The notes under the pieces: generated by a model
Told to the model about the DNA's origin: nothing
What the model saw: only the letters and a program-made list of their open reading frames with translations
Databases searched by the model: none
Position numbers and translations under genes: made by a program
DNA from: an uncultured Ignavibacteriales bacterium
GTDB taxonomy: Bacteria > Zixibacteria > MSB-5A5 > GN15 > JAAZOE01
Length of the DNA: 20,000 nt
Reading direction: 5' to 3'
Assembly (NCBI GenBank): GCA_964611355.1
Contig: CAZSYD010000011.1
Span: 45,078 to 65,077, forward strand
Shown here: in pieces, positions 9,370 through 18,043 of the stretch
Layout: each line of letters begins with the position of its first letter
How positions within the stretch are numbered: position 1 is the stretch's first letter

Positions 9370-10140
9370 TTAGGCCAAAGACAAATTTTTAAAATGGATT
9401 TCCCGCCGCCTGATAACCGTCAATTCCGAATTTGAGAACCGTTCCGGCGATAATTGAATCTCCAGGGTCTTTTCAAACGCCCTGACCAATACCTCTGACA
9501 GCTCTTCCCGACTCCCGGGCAAAATGGGAATCACGGCCTTTTTTGTTTTCCAAGGCTCCTGTAAAATGGCCGGATGGCTGCAAGGAGCGGCTATTTTAAT
9601 TGCGCCGTGCTGCAAAAGAGCCCTGCGGCCGCGACGCTGCGACCCGGCGGCCACTTTCTGCCCTCCGACAATAATTTCGTACCGCGATACCGCCGCAAAA
9701 CACCCCTTCTGAAGCGCCTGTGACCCGGACAATCTTACCGGGTTATCTCCTCTCGAAAATGATGCTTTCCACCCAATCATTTCATAAAACATGACTATCG
9801 CCTGTGATATTATGCGATAGCTGTCGCTAAGACTTTTCCCCAGAACGGGATAGCGAATAAAATTGCCGGCCACCGCATAGGTCAGTTCGTCATCGTCATG
9901 TAGTAGCGCCCGCCCGCCGGTAACCCGCCGTATAACCGGCATACCGCCGAGTTTGCCCGTATCAACCGCCCGATCAAATTCCTGGTGATAACCGATAGTA
10001 ATCGCCGGCTCGCTCCATCCGTAAATCCGCAATATCGGAACCGATTCCCCCGACTCCGCGATATCCGGCAGACAGGCATCCGCCGCCATATTGAACGACG
10101 GCGACCTCTTTTCATACGGTATCAACCGACAGGTCTCCAC
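9370..10140 (-). CDS. lipoate-protein ligase A family / LipM-like octanoyltransferase
   Basis: Motifs FNMAADACL, ILRIYGWSEPAITIGYHQ, VIRRVTGGRALLHDDDELTY, CF, KVAAGSQRR and LLQHGAI. Single catalytic domain with no LplA C-terminal domain. Start is GTG 10140 or TTG 10146. Confidence 0.88.
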   Translation of the reverse strand: METCRLIPYEKRSPSFNMAADACLPDIAESGESVPILRIYGWSEPAITIGYHQEFDRAVDTGKLGGMPVIRRVTGGRALLHDDDELTYAVAGNFIRYPVLGKSLSDSYRIISQAIVMFYEMIGWKASFSRGDNPVRLSGSQALQKGCFAAVSRYEIIVGGQKVAAGSQRRGRRALLQHGAIKIAAPCSHPAILQEPWKTKKAVIPILPGSREELSEVLVRAFEKTLEIQLSPERFSNSELTVIRRREIHFKNLSLA

Positions 10141-10146
10141 CAACAA

Positions 10147-10175
10147 ATTATAAAGGATTTATTGAAGGAAGTAAA
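10147..10175 (-). promoter_or_regulatory. putative sigma70-type promoter (TTTACT-N17-TATAAT) for the lipoate ligase gene
   Basis: Perfect TATAAT at 10152-10147 and TTTACT at 10175-10170, just downstream of the upstream gene's terminator. Confidence 0.55.
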
Positions 10176-10186
10176 TCCGGAGCGGT

Positions 10187-10215
10187 AAAAATAAAACGCC
10201 GCCGTCAGGGCGGCG
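10187..10215 (-). terminator. intrinsic terminator after the sigma54 activator gene
   Basis: The minus strand reads CGCCGCC-ctgac-GGCGGCG-TTTTATTTTT, about 30 nt after the stop at 10248. Confidence 0.85.
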
Positions 10216-10247
10216 CGATGGATACGGATTATTATCCGGACACGCGA

Positions 10248-13184
10248 TTAGTTTATACTATTAAGCCGTTTGGGATTAATGCCATACTGCTTCAGCTTCA
10301 GACGCAACGTGGATTCCGGGATATTCAGGGAGTCGGCGGCCCTCTTTTTTACACCTCCCTGTTCCTTCAAGGCCTTGATAATAAACCGTTTCTCGTATTC
10401 CGCCAGGTAATTGTAAAGCGAAAATCCGTCCCTGGTATAGAAAGCCATCTCATCCGGACCATCTTCGATATTGGCTTTCCCTTCCCCAAGAATCCTCGAT
10501 GACAAAAGCGAGGGGTTTATAGTTCCCTCGTTATTAGCCAGAAGAACCAGCTTCTTGATTTCATTTTCCAATTCCCGGACGTTCCCCGGCCAATCCCAAT
10601 CAATCAAATATTTCAAAGTATCGGGCGAAATTCGGCATTTGCTGCCCGACAGGAAATGATCTACAAGAAGCGGTATATCCTCTTTGCGATCTTTCAGTGA
10701 TGGAATCGTGAAATTAAGAGCGCACAAGCGGTAATAAAGATCGCTGCGAAATCGTTTCTCTTCCATTTCCACTTTGAGGATTTTATTGGTTGCGGAAATG
10801 ACTCGAACATCAACCTTGCGTGGCCTGGTATCGCCCAGCCGGGTTATTTCCTGATTCTCCAAGACCCGTAACAACTTAGCCTGAATGGACTGCGGCATAT
10901 CGGCGATTTCATCCAGGAAGAATGTTCCCCCGTCGGCTTCTTCGAACAGACCCGGTTTATCCCGGTCGGCTCCGGTGAATGCACCCCTCTTATATCCGAA
11001 AAGTTCCGATTCCAGAAGCGATTCTGGAAGAGCCGCGCAATTGACCGATATGAAACGCTTGCCGCGACGGTTTGAATTATAATGAATCGCCTTGGCCAGA
11101 AGGTCCTTGCCGGTGCCTGTTTCCCCGCTGATCGAGATCGGCATGTTGGAATCAGCCACCTGCCTGACCCTCGACAACATTTCCATGAATGGTCGCGATT
11201 GAGTAATAATATTCGGAAAAACGCATCGTTCCATAAGTTGGGCTTTAAGACGATAATTATCTTCGAGCAGTTTCTCTTTCTGATATTCGGAAGTTTTGAA
11301 CGCTACCAGATCAGCAAAACCGACCGCAAAATCAATTTCTCTTTGCGAGAAAGGATTAAATCCGCTGCCATTATCGTTTGCCATTCGGTCAAGATAAATG
11401 TAACCGACAACATTGCGTCCAAGAATAAGAGGCAAAATCAGCAGGCTGGCGGCCTGGCTCGAGCCGGTCGACAGCAGGTCGACGAAATCGGCGTCATTAG
11501 TACAGTCAAGCGCCAGGGTAGGAACATCCGATGCCACCCGGTCTTTTAAAAGTCCATCGAACCTTTTCATTACGTCGTCGAAGTCCTTTTCATCCAATGC
11601 GTGGGCAGCCGATATTTCCGACCTTTGACCCTGCACCGTATTGACGATAAAACCCCTGTCTGCCGCTGTTCTTTTGATCAGGACTTCAAACAAAACCTCA
11701 AGCGGTCCGTTCTTCAAATTTTTGTAGTCGGAACCGGATATGATTTTTCCAAATATCTTGAATTCATTATCCCGGGACAGGGCTTTATTAATGGCGCTTT
11801 CCGACAAAGCCCGCAGAAACTCGTTGGCTTTATTGACCCCCGCCGGGTCACCGACGGATCGGAAACCGTTGACTGCCTTTTTAAGATATTCCAGAGCTTC
11901 ACCGTTCCTGCCGGCGCGATGCCATAGACGGCCCATTTCAAATTGACATCCGGCCACGTAAAAAGCACTGCCTAACCGCTCAAACAGTTTCTCGCCTTCC
12001 CGCAGCAAAGAGACGGCTTCCCGATTATCGTAACTCGAGTCGGCCAGCGCAATCTGACCGTAAGCGATAATCGAACGTCCCAGTTCGTAATTGTCTCCTG
12101 TCTGACGAAGGATTTCAATACCCTGCAGGCTGTACCGGCGGGCATCCGCGATCTCATCACGGGCCAGAAATCCCCGCGCTATTACCCGATGGGCAAGCCC
12201 AATCTCAGCCTTCTCGCCGATCTTTTGCGCCAGATCGAGCGATACCTGGGCCAGACGCATAGCATTGTCGTTATGGTTAAGTTCGAGTTCGACCTCGGCC
12301 AGCCGCCGCATAGATTGACTAAGGAGAGCCGATTCCGGGGCCATACTTTTTCCGATTTCAATGGCCTGTTCGAGGAACTTTCTAGCGGTGACATAATCCT
12401 GTTTTTCGAAAGCCAGTTCGCCCTGATATTCCAGGCAGATAGCCAGTTCCCGCTTAAGATGGTTTTTATCTATAACCTCTCTTGCCGAGTTAAGCTCGGA
12501 TTCAGCCATATGGAATTGCCGGCGACGAAGATACAGGTAACCAAGCGACAGATGATCGGCAGCCAGTAAATGCGGCAGATTTTGTGCACGGCTTATATTA
12601 AATGAAAGACGAAGATTTTCCTCGGCTTTATCCATTTCTCCGGTCAGCAGGTAGATTCGCCCGAGATTCCCCAATAACTGCACCTTTTTGACCGGGTCGC
12701 AGGCGGCATACGGAATAGCATCGCTGACGTATTCGGCCGCCCTCACATATTCGGATTGTATATAACAGATTCGGCCCAGCGCGTTATAGGCGTCAACAAT
12801 ACCGAAATCATCCTTAGCTCTGCGGAAAGACGCCAGCGCATCGCCGGCTGCGACCTGAGCCGGTTTTAGTTCCCCACAAGCAACATGCGCCTTATAGAGC
12901 AAAAGCTGCAGGTGGCCGATCCGGCTATTAAGGTTTGTCGAGGCCAGAATGTCGAATGCCTGACGGCATAAGGTAATGGCCAATTTATACTCATTTTGAA
13001 AAACAGCCTTCCTGGCATGAAGAAGGGAATATAGCCCCTTATTAACCCCTCCAGGGTTATATCCTTCCTTTTCCAACCCCTTCAGGGCCGATACGGCTCG
13101 CTCCGGATCCCTCTGGTGAAAGTATTCCTCTATTTTAAGCAGCCGGGCATCCAGCCCTTTCGATTTTCGTGAGGTTCGGTTCAT
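10248..13184 (-). CDS. sigma54-dependent enhancer-binding protein: TPR array, GAF-like domain, AAA+ domain and Fis-type HTH
   Basis: Walker [24 protein letters not shown] (intact GAFTGA at 10968-10985), Walker [26 protein letters not shown] and [27 protein letters not shown]. About 460 aa of N-terminal TPR-like helices, then a GAF-like segment ([20 protein letters not shown]...FSQREIDF). Confidence 0.93.
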   Translation of the reverse strand: MNRTSRKSKGLDARLLKIEEYFHQRDPERAVSALKGLEKEGYNPGGVNKGLYSLLHARKAVFQNEYKLAITLCRQAFDILASTNLNSRIGHLQLLLYKAHVACGELKPAQVAAGDALASFRRAKDDFGIVDAYNALGRICYIQSEYVRAAEYVSDAIPYAACDPVKKVQLLGNLGRIYLLTGEMDKAEENLRLSFNISRAQNLPHLLAADHLSLGYLYLRRRQFHMAESELNSAREVIDKNHLKRELAICLEYQGELAFEKQDYVTARKFLEQAIEIGKSMAPESALLSQSMRRLAEVELELNHNDNAMRLAQVSLDLAQKIGEKAEIGLAHRVIARGFLARDEIADARRYSLQGIEILRQTGDNYELGRSIIAYGQIALADSSYDNREAVSLLREGEKLFERLGSAFYVAGCQFEMGRLWHRAGRNGEALEYLKKAVNGFRSVGDPAGVNKANEFLRALSESAINKALSRDNEFKIFGKIISGSDYKNLKNGPLEVLFEVLIKRTAADRGFIVNTVQGQRSEISAAHALDEKDFDDVMKRFDGLLKDRVASDVPTLALDCTNDADFVDLLSTGSSQAASLLILPLILGRNVVGYIYLDRMANDNGSGFNPFSQREIDFAVGFADLVAFKTSEYQKEKLLEDNYRLKAQLMERCVFPNIITQSRPFMEMLSRVRQVADSNMPISISGETGTGKDLLAKAIHYNSNRRGKRFISVNCAALPESLLESELFGYKRGAFTGADRDKPGLFEEADGGTFFLDEIADMPQSIQAKLLRVLENQEITRLGDTRPRKVDVRVISATNKILKVEMEEKRFRSDLYYRLCALNFTIPSLKDRKEDIPLLVDHFLSGSKCRISPDTLKYLIDWDWPGNVRELENEIKKLVLLANNEGTINPSLLSSRILGEGKANIEDGPDEMAFYTRDGFSLYNYLAEYEKRFIIKALKEQGGVKKRAADSLNIPESTLRLKLKQYGINPKRLNSIN

Positions 13185-13253
13185 AACCCTTCCGTCTTGA
13201 AGTTAGTTACTCTCCGGTAAAATATCCGTATAGCTGTTTCGGTCTTGACCGAA

Positions 13254-13571
13254 TTACTCCCTCGAAAAAACGGATTCCACGGGATCGGACACCGGATTTA
13301 CCTGGTTCGCATTATAGTCGATGGCGTCATAAAGCAGATTCCACCAGAATAGTGATGACCCGAAGGTCGTAGTTCCAGAACCCAACCCATCCTCGCCACC
13401 GTCATAGTCACCGTTGTTATTATTACCAATCGGCGAACCGATAGTATCGAAATCATCCCAGACAGGATCTTCGGCCCACGGATGTTCGGCCGCGGTTATG
13501 GGAGTAAGGAAAAAACCAACCCCGATAATGATGGCAAGGATTAGAAACCCGAGTAGTTTCGATACCCTCAT
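13254..13571 (-). CDS. small secreted acidic protein or peptide precursor (105 aa)
   Basis: Strong SD (AGGAGGT, 13585-13579) and a Sec-type signal MRVSKLLGFLILAIIIGVGFFLTPITAA. The mature part is acidic and Gly/Asn-rich with 4 Trp and no Lys or Cys. Confidence 0.75.
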   Translation of the reverse strand: MRVSKLLGFLILAIIIGVGFFLTPITAAEHPWAEDPVWDDFDTIGSPIGNNNNGDYDGGEDGLGSGTTTFGSSLFWWNLLYDAIDYNANQVNPVSDPVESVFSRE

Positions 13572-13670
13572 GGTATCAACCTCCTCTTAGGTTCAAAGCA
13601 AAATGCTTCCAAATAAGGATACCGATATACAAATCGATCTGCCTTCTTATCGCAGCTTTTGCTTTACTAT

Positions 13671-13699
13671 AACTTACACAATGACAATAAAATTGTCAA
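13671..13699 (-). promoter_or_regulatory. putative sigma70-type promoter (TTGACA-N17-TAAGTT) overlapped by the palindrome TGACAAT-aaa-ATTGTCA
   Basis: Perfect -35 TTGACA at 13699-13694 and -10-like TAAGTT at 13676-13671. The inverted repeat spans 13682-13698. Confidence 0.6.
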
Positions 13700-13810
13700 G
13701 CTTTTTTTGATATTTCGCATTATCTGCGACAGAAAAACCGCATTCATAAGGGAAAAATCGTGATTCGCATTCCAAAACGCCGTATATGATACCTTTGCAC
13801 CGATATTCAC

Positions 13811-13839
13811 TTGATTTTCGACAAAAAAGCGTTTATGTT
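13811..13839 (+). promoter_or_regulatory. putative sigma70-type promoter for the aldolase-fol-pan operon (TTGATT-N17-TATGTT)
   Basis: TTGATT at 13811-13816, TATGTT at 13834-13839 and GGAG at 13849-13852 before ATG 13863. Confidence 0.5.
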
Positions 13840-13862
13840 GCCATATCCGGAGTGTGATCCCA

Positions 13863-14522
13863 ATGCCGATATCCTCGTTAGTTGCCAAAAAAATAGTTTT
13901 TTTCGGAAAGCGTCTCTACGCCCGGGGATTGATTGCCGGAGGGGACGGCAATATCTCGGCAAGAATTGGTTCGGACCGAATCATGATTACACCGTCAGGT
14001 GTTTGCAAGGGGTTTTTATCGCCCGACGATCTGGTAATAATCGACGGGCAAGGCCGTCATTTGAGCGGCAGGAATAAGGCTTCCTCGGAATCTGCGATGC
14101 ACTTACATATATATCAAAAACGCAGCGATATCGCCGTTTGTGTTCATGCTCATCCGCCATATGCGACCGCCTTCGCCGTGGCCGGAATACCGCTTTCCGA
14201 AAAAGTCCTGCCTGAGGTTGTTATATTTGTCGGCGATATCCCGCTTACCGATTATGCACCCCCGGGAACCGAGCTCGTTGCCCGCTCACTGGACAAGTAT
14301 ATCGCCGACCACAATGCTTTTCTCCTTAAGAATCACGGCCTGGTAACGGTCGGGCGGACATTTGAAGAAGCTTACAACCGTATGGAAACCATCGAGCATT
14401 TCGCCCGGATATTGCTTCTTGCCCGGCAACTGGGAAATGTAGACTATTTGGACGGCGAGGAAATAGCACGACTCGAAAAAATAAGACAGCAGATACCCCG
14501 CAACACGGACAAAATGGGTTAA
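13863..14522 (+). CDS. class II aldolase/adducin family protein (FucA/MtnB-like)
   Basis: Motifs GLIAGGDGNISAR, ITPSG, SSESAMHLHIY and Zn-binding HAHPPYATAF and LKNHG. ATG 13863 is preferred over the track's GTG 13854. Confidence 0.9.
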   Translation: MPISSLVAKKIVFFGKRLYARGLIAGGDGNISARIGSDRIMITPSGVCKGFLSPDDLVIIDGQGRHLSGRNKASSESAMHLHIYQKRSDIAVCVHAHPPYATAFAVAGIPLSEKVLPEVVIFVGDIPLTDYAPPGTELVARSLDKYIADHNAFLLKNHGLVTVGRTFEEAYNRMETIEHFARILLLARQLGNVDYLDGEEIARLEKIRQQIPRNTDKMG

Positions 14523-14553
14523 GGCTGATGAGACAGCCGCCCGGGAATCGATT

Positions 14554-15729
14554 ATGATAAAGAAATTAATGCTGGAAAAAGCCGACAGGCTCTACCATCT
14601 GCCGCCGGTTCTTGATGAATTCCTGCCCAAAAGGGAACGAAAAAAAATGCTGGGCCGCGAAGTGCTCGACCTGGCCCGATTTCAATGGCCCGCCGACGGC
14701 CAAAAGGAGTCATACAATAACGATTCCCTACCCGCTGCCGGCGACGAAATCCTCGGACTGGCCGAGGAAACCGCGGCCTGGTATCATGATCGGTTTGGCG
14801 TAAAAATCAACCCGGCCAAAGAGATCATTATCGGCGGATCGGTTCGTCAGATTCTGGGCTTGTTTTCACTGGCCTTTTTCAATCCGGGCGATATTATCCT
14901 GATTCCCGATCCCGGCATCTGGCATTATCGCGCCGCAGCCGCACTGGCCTCGGCGGAAACGGTTCCTTACCACCTGAGTGAAAGAAATCGCTTCAAGCCG
15001 GCGCTAAATACGATTTCCGGTAACCTGGCCCGAACGGCCAAGGCTATGTTCCTCAACTCGCCCCATAATCCCACCGGCGCCGTGCCGGCAGGGGAAGAAC
15101 TGAGAGAGATCCTGCGTATGGCGGCGCGTGAAAATCTTCTCCTGATAATGGACCACGTTTTTGAAGGACTTATCGACGGCAACGATTCGACTTCTTTGTA
15201 TGCTCTCCCGGGAGGAAGAAAAGCCGCTCTGGAACTGTATTCATACGCCTATAATTTCGGTCAGACTCTCCCCTCTGTCGGCTTTGCCGTGGGGCAACCG
15301 GCTATCATTACCGGGCTAAAAAAGATAATATCCGCGTTTGGTTACATCGCTACCAAATGTCAAATCAGAGCAGGCCTGAGCGCCTGCGATGACCCGAAAT
15401 CCGGTTTGGAAAAAATCCGCAGCCGATTCGCCGGCAATCGTGAAATGCTCGACCGGCTCTGCAAAAAGATACGCCTGATACCAGCCGAATATCGTTCCGG
15501 ACCGTTTTACTGGGCGAAGTTGCCGGGTCGGAAACAGTCACATCGTTTCTGCCGCCTACTATACTTAAAATGCGGAATACTGGCTGTCCCCGGTATCGCC
15601 TTCGGGGAAAACGGCGAGGGATATATACGGTTTTCATTAACCGGACGGACGGACAATTATCAAAAAGCTCTGGAGGCCACGGGGAAACTGTTTCAGACAA
15701 CCAGCGAAAGGAAAACGGTCAATGGATAG
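14554..15729 (+). CDS. class I/II aminotransferase-fold protein (DapL/AspC-like), apparently lacking the PLP-binding lysine
   Basis: Retains NPGDIILIPDP, LNSPHNPTG, PGIAFGENGEGYIRFSL and GFAVG. The SxSK..GWRxG motif reads SYAYNFGQTLPSVG. Confidence 0.8.
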   Translation: MIKKLMLEKADRLYHLPPVLDEFLPKRERKKMLGREVLDLARFQWPADGQKESYNNDSLPAAGDEILGLAEETAAWYHDRFGVKINPAKEIIIGGSVRQILGLFSLAFFNPGDIILIPDPGIWHYRAAAALASAETVPYHLSERNRFKPALNTISGNLARTAKAMFLNSPHNPTGAVPAGEELREILRMAARENLLLIMDHVFEGLIDGNDSTSLYALPGGRKAALELYSYAYNFGQTLPSVGFAVGQPAIITGLKKIISAFGYIATKCQIRAGLSACDDPKSGLEKIRSRFAGNREMLDRLCKKIRLIPAEYRSGPFYWAKLPGRKQSHRFCRLLYLKCGILAVPGIAFGENGEGYIRFSLTGRTDNYQKALEATGKLFQTTSERKTVNG

Positions 15730-16120
15730 AATTCGTCTTGTCAATATGACCTTTTATGGTTATCATGGTATTTCTGCCGCGGAGAAAGAAACCGGCCGTC
15801 GATTCGAGGTGGACTGCGAGCTGGCCGGTGATCTGGCCGAAGCGGGGAAAACCGACCGCCTGAACAACACTATCGATTATGCGGCGGTTTATGATCTTAT
15901 CGCCGACGTGGTTCAAAACAGGTCATTCTCCCTGCTGGAAGGGCTGGCGGCCAACCTGGCATCGGAGGTACTGGCGGCCTTCCCGGTTATTGAGGTAACT
16001 ATACTGGTGAGAAAACTTATGCCTCCGATAAACGGTTATATCGACCATATCGAAGTTGAAGTTACCCGGCGGCAGTCCGACCCTGAGAAATTATTACCTC
16101 CGGAGGAAACCGATGGGTGA
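15722..16120 (+). CDS. folB: dihydroneopterin aldolase
   Basis: Motifs MDRIRL..FYGYHG...EKETGRRFEVD, TIDYAAVY, LLEGLA and VRKLMPPI. Adjacent to folK. Confidence 0.95.
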   Translation: MDRIRLVNMTFYGYHGISAAEKETGRRFEVDCELAGDLAEAGKTDRLNNTIDYAAVYDLIADVVQNRSFSLLEGLAANLASEVLAAFPVIEVTILVRKLMPPINGYIDHIEVEVTRRQSDPEKLLPPEETDG

Positions 16121-16616
16121 AATCGTCTATTTATCGCTCGGCTCCAATCTTGGGGATCGGGGAAAAAACTTGGAAAAAGCCACGCAGGGGCTGTCCGATA
16201 TGATGGGGATGAAGCTTTTGGCCGAATCATCCATATACAACTCTATCCCGATCAGATGTCCGGCCGACACCTCTGATTTTCTAAATAAAATCGTCAAAAT
16301 GGATTGCACCCTCAAGCCGGTGCAACTCCTTGATAACACCGAACGAATGGAGATTTCGCTGGGACGAACCGAAAAGGGATTTTTTTCCGATCGAGTCATT
16401 GATATCGATATAATCCTTTTCTGCGGCCGGATTTTTAAGAATGAACGGCTCGAAATCCCGCATCCTCGAATGGGCGAACGGGCTTTTGTACTGATACCTT
16501 TGTGTGAAATGGATCCGGATATTGTTGATCCGTTGACCGGGGCAAAATTCGCCGACATGCTGAAAAAAACCGGCGACCAGGGCGTAACCATCTACAAGGA
16601 AAAGGCCGGTGGCTGA
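16113..16616 (+). CDS. folK: 2-amino-4-hydroxy-6-hydroxymethyldihydropteridine diphosphokinase
   Basis: Motifs YLSLGSNLGDR, FLN, LGR, RVIDIDII and IPHPRMGERAFVLIPL. Start at ATG 16113 after GGAGG. Confidence 0.95.
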   Translation: MGEIVYLSLGSNLGDRGKNLEKATQGLSDMMGMKLLAESSIYNSIPIRCPADTSDFLNKIVKMDCTLKPVQLLDNTERMEISLGRTEKGFFSDRVIDIDIILFCGRIFKNERLEIPHPRMGERAFVLIPLCEMDPDIVDPLTGAKFADMLKKTGDQGVTIYKEKAGG

Positions 16617-17271
16617 CCGGCTCCCGCAGTATATCGCCGTTGAGGGCGTTATCGGGGCGGGCAAGTCCAGCCTGGCGCAGCTTCTGGCCGGACGATTAGA
16701 AGCCGATCTTCTTCTCGAAGATGCAGCCGACAATCCTTTTCTGGCTGATTTCTACAAGGATCGCAGGCGGTATGCCTTCCCCACACAGATGTTCTTCCTT
16801 CTTTCCCGCTACCGGCAACAGCAGCAGCTTTTGGAACGCGACCTGTTCGTGGAACGGATTGTCTCCGACTATATCTTTGAAAAAGATATCCTGTTCGCCT
16901 CGGTAAACCTGCCGGAACGGGAAATCGGCCTTTACCGGAAAATCGCTTCGGTTCTCAGGCGCGACGTTTCCCCGCCGGATCTTGTAATATATCTGCAAGC
17001 CTCGACGCGGGTCCTGATGGAGCGCATACGAAAAAGAAACCGCGCCTTTGAAAAACCAATCGATGACGATTACGTCGACGAATTAAACGAGGCCTACAAC
17101 TCGTTTTTCTTTCACTACAACGACGCCCCCCTGCTGGTGGTCAGGACCGACGATATAGATTTCGTCGCCAATCCGGCGCATCTTGACGATCTTGTCGAAC
17201 AGATAAAAAGGCCGCGCACGCGGGTTATGTATTACGCTCCGACCGGCGACCTCGACAAACTGGCTATGTAG
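16609..17271 (+). CDS. deoxynucleoside kinase (dGK/dCK family)
   Basis: P-loop IAVEGVIGAGKSS, NPFLADFY, QMFFLLSRYRQ, PDLVIYLQAS and RIRKRNRAFE. GTG start. Confidence 0.92.
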   Translation: MADRLPQYIAVEGVIGAGKSSLAQLLAGRLEADLLLEDAADNPFLADFYKDRRRYAFPTQMFFLLSRYRQQQQLLERDLFVERIVSDYIFEKDILFASVNLPEREIGLYRKIASVLRRDVSPPDLVIYLQASTRVLMERIRKRNRAFEKPIDDDYVDELNEAYNSFFFHYNDAPLLVVRTDDIDFVANPAHLDDLVEQIKRPRTRVMYYAPTGDLDKLAM

Positions 17272-17278
17272 GAAAAGC

Positions 17279-18043
17279 ATGTCGGCAACCGCAAAGAACA
17301 AAAAAACCACCACGCGAACCTTTCTGCTGAAAAAGCAAAAAGGCGAAAAGATTGTCGTCCTGACAGCCTACGATTACTACACTGCGCGCATCCTTGAAAA
17401 CAGCGGCGTCGATTCGCTTCTGGTCGGCGATTCGCTTAACATGGTGCTATATGGAAAAAAGAGCACTTTGTCGGCGGAAATGGAAAAGATGCTGTTCCAC
17501 ACCCGGGCGGTGGCCGACGGTTCCGAGCGGGCGCTGGTGATTGCCGACATGCCGTTTATGTCTTACCAGCCCTCGATGGAAACGGCGATCCTCAACGCCG
17601 GACGATTCCTGAAAGAAGCCGGGGCCGAGGCGGTCAAGCTGGAAGGCGGCATTGAGATTATTCCTACCGTCAAGCGCTTGATCGAACTTGGCATTCCGGT
17701 TATGGGGCATATTGGATTAACGCCGCAGTCGATCAATCGCTTCGGCGGCCCGCGCGTTCAGGGTCGCGAAAAAGAAAATCGAAATTACCTTATCGAATCG
17801 GCCAAAGCTCTCGATGAAGCCGGTTGTTTTTCATGCGTTCTGGAACTTGTTACCTCACCCGTGGCTCAGGAAATTACCAAAAAAGTAAATATGGCTACCA
17901 TCGGAATCGGTGCGGGCAAACATTGCGACGGGCAGGTGCTGGTCATAAATGATATTATCGGAATGTACGGCGAGATGAAACCCCGTTTCGTCAGGCAATA
18001 TACCGACGTTGCCGCCGAAATCGAAAAAGCGGCCCGGCAGTTC
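17279..18043 (+). CDS. panB: 3-methyl-2-oxobutanoate hydroxymethyltransferase (3' end lost in the N gap)
   Basis: Motifs LTAYD, LLVGDSL, ADMPFMSY, AVKLEGG, GHIGLTPQS, IGIGAG and DGQVLV. The ORF runs into Ns at 18044. Confidence 0.95.

Noticed and set aside
13254..13571. RiPP precursor interpretation of the small protein
   Set aside because: It has a Sec signal rather than a RiPP leader, no Cys, and no modifying enzymes or dedicated exporter nearby.
13597..13612. sigma54-like TTGGAAGCATTTTGCT (minus strand) just upstream of the small peptide gene
   Set aside because: GG and GC are 9 nt apart rather than the strictly required 10.
13667..13888. 73-aa minus-strand ORF across the divergent promoter region
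   Set aside because: It overlaps two promoters and the aldolase start, with no SD or protein-like features.
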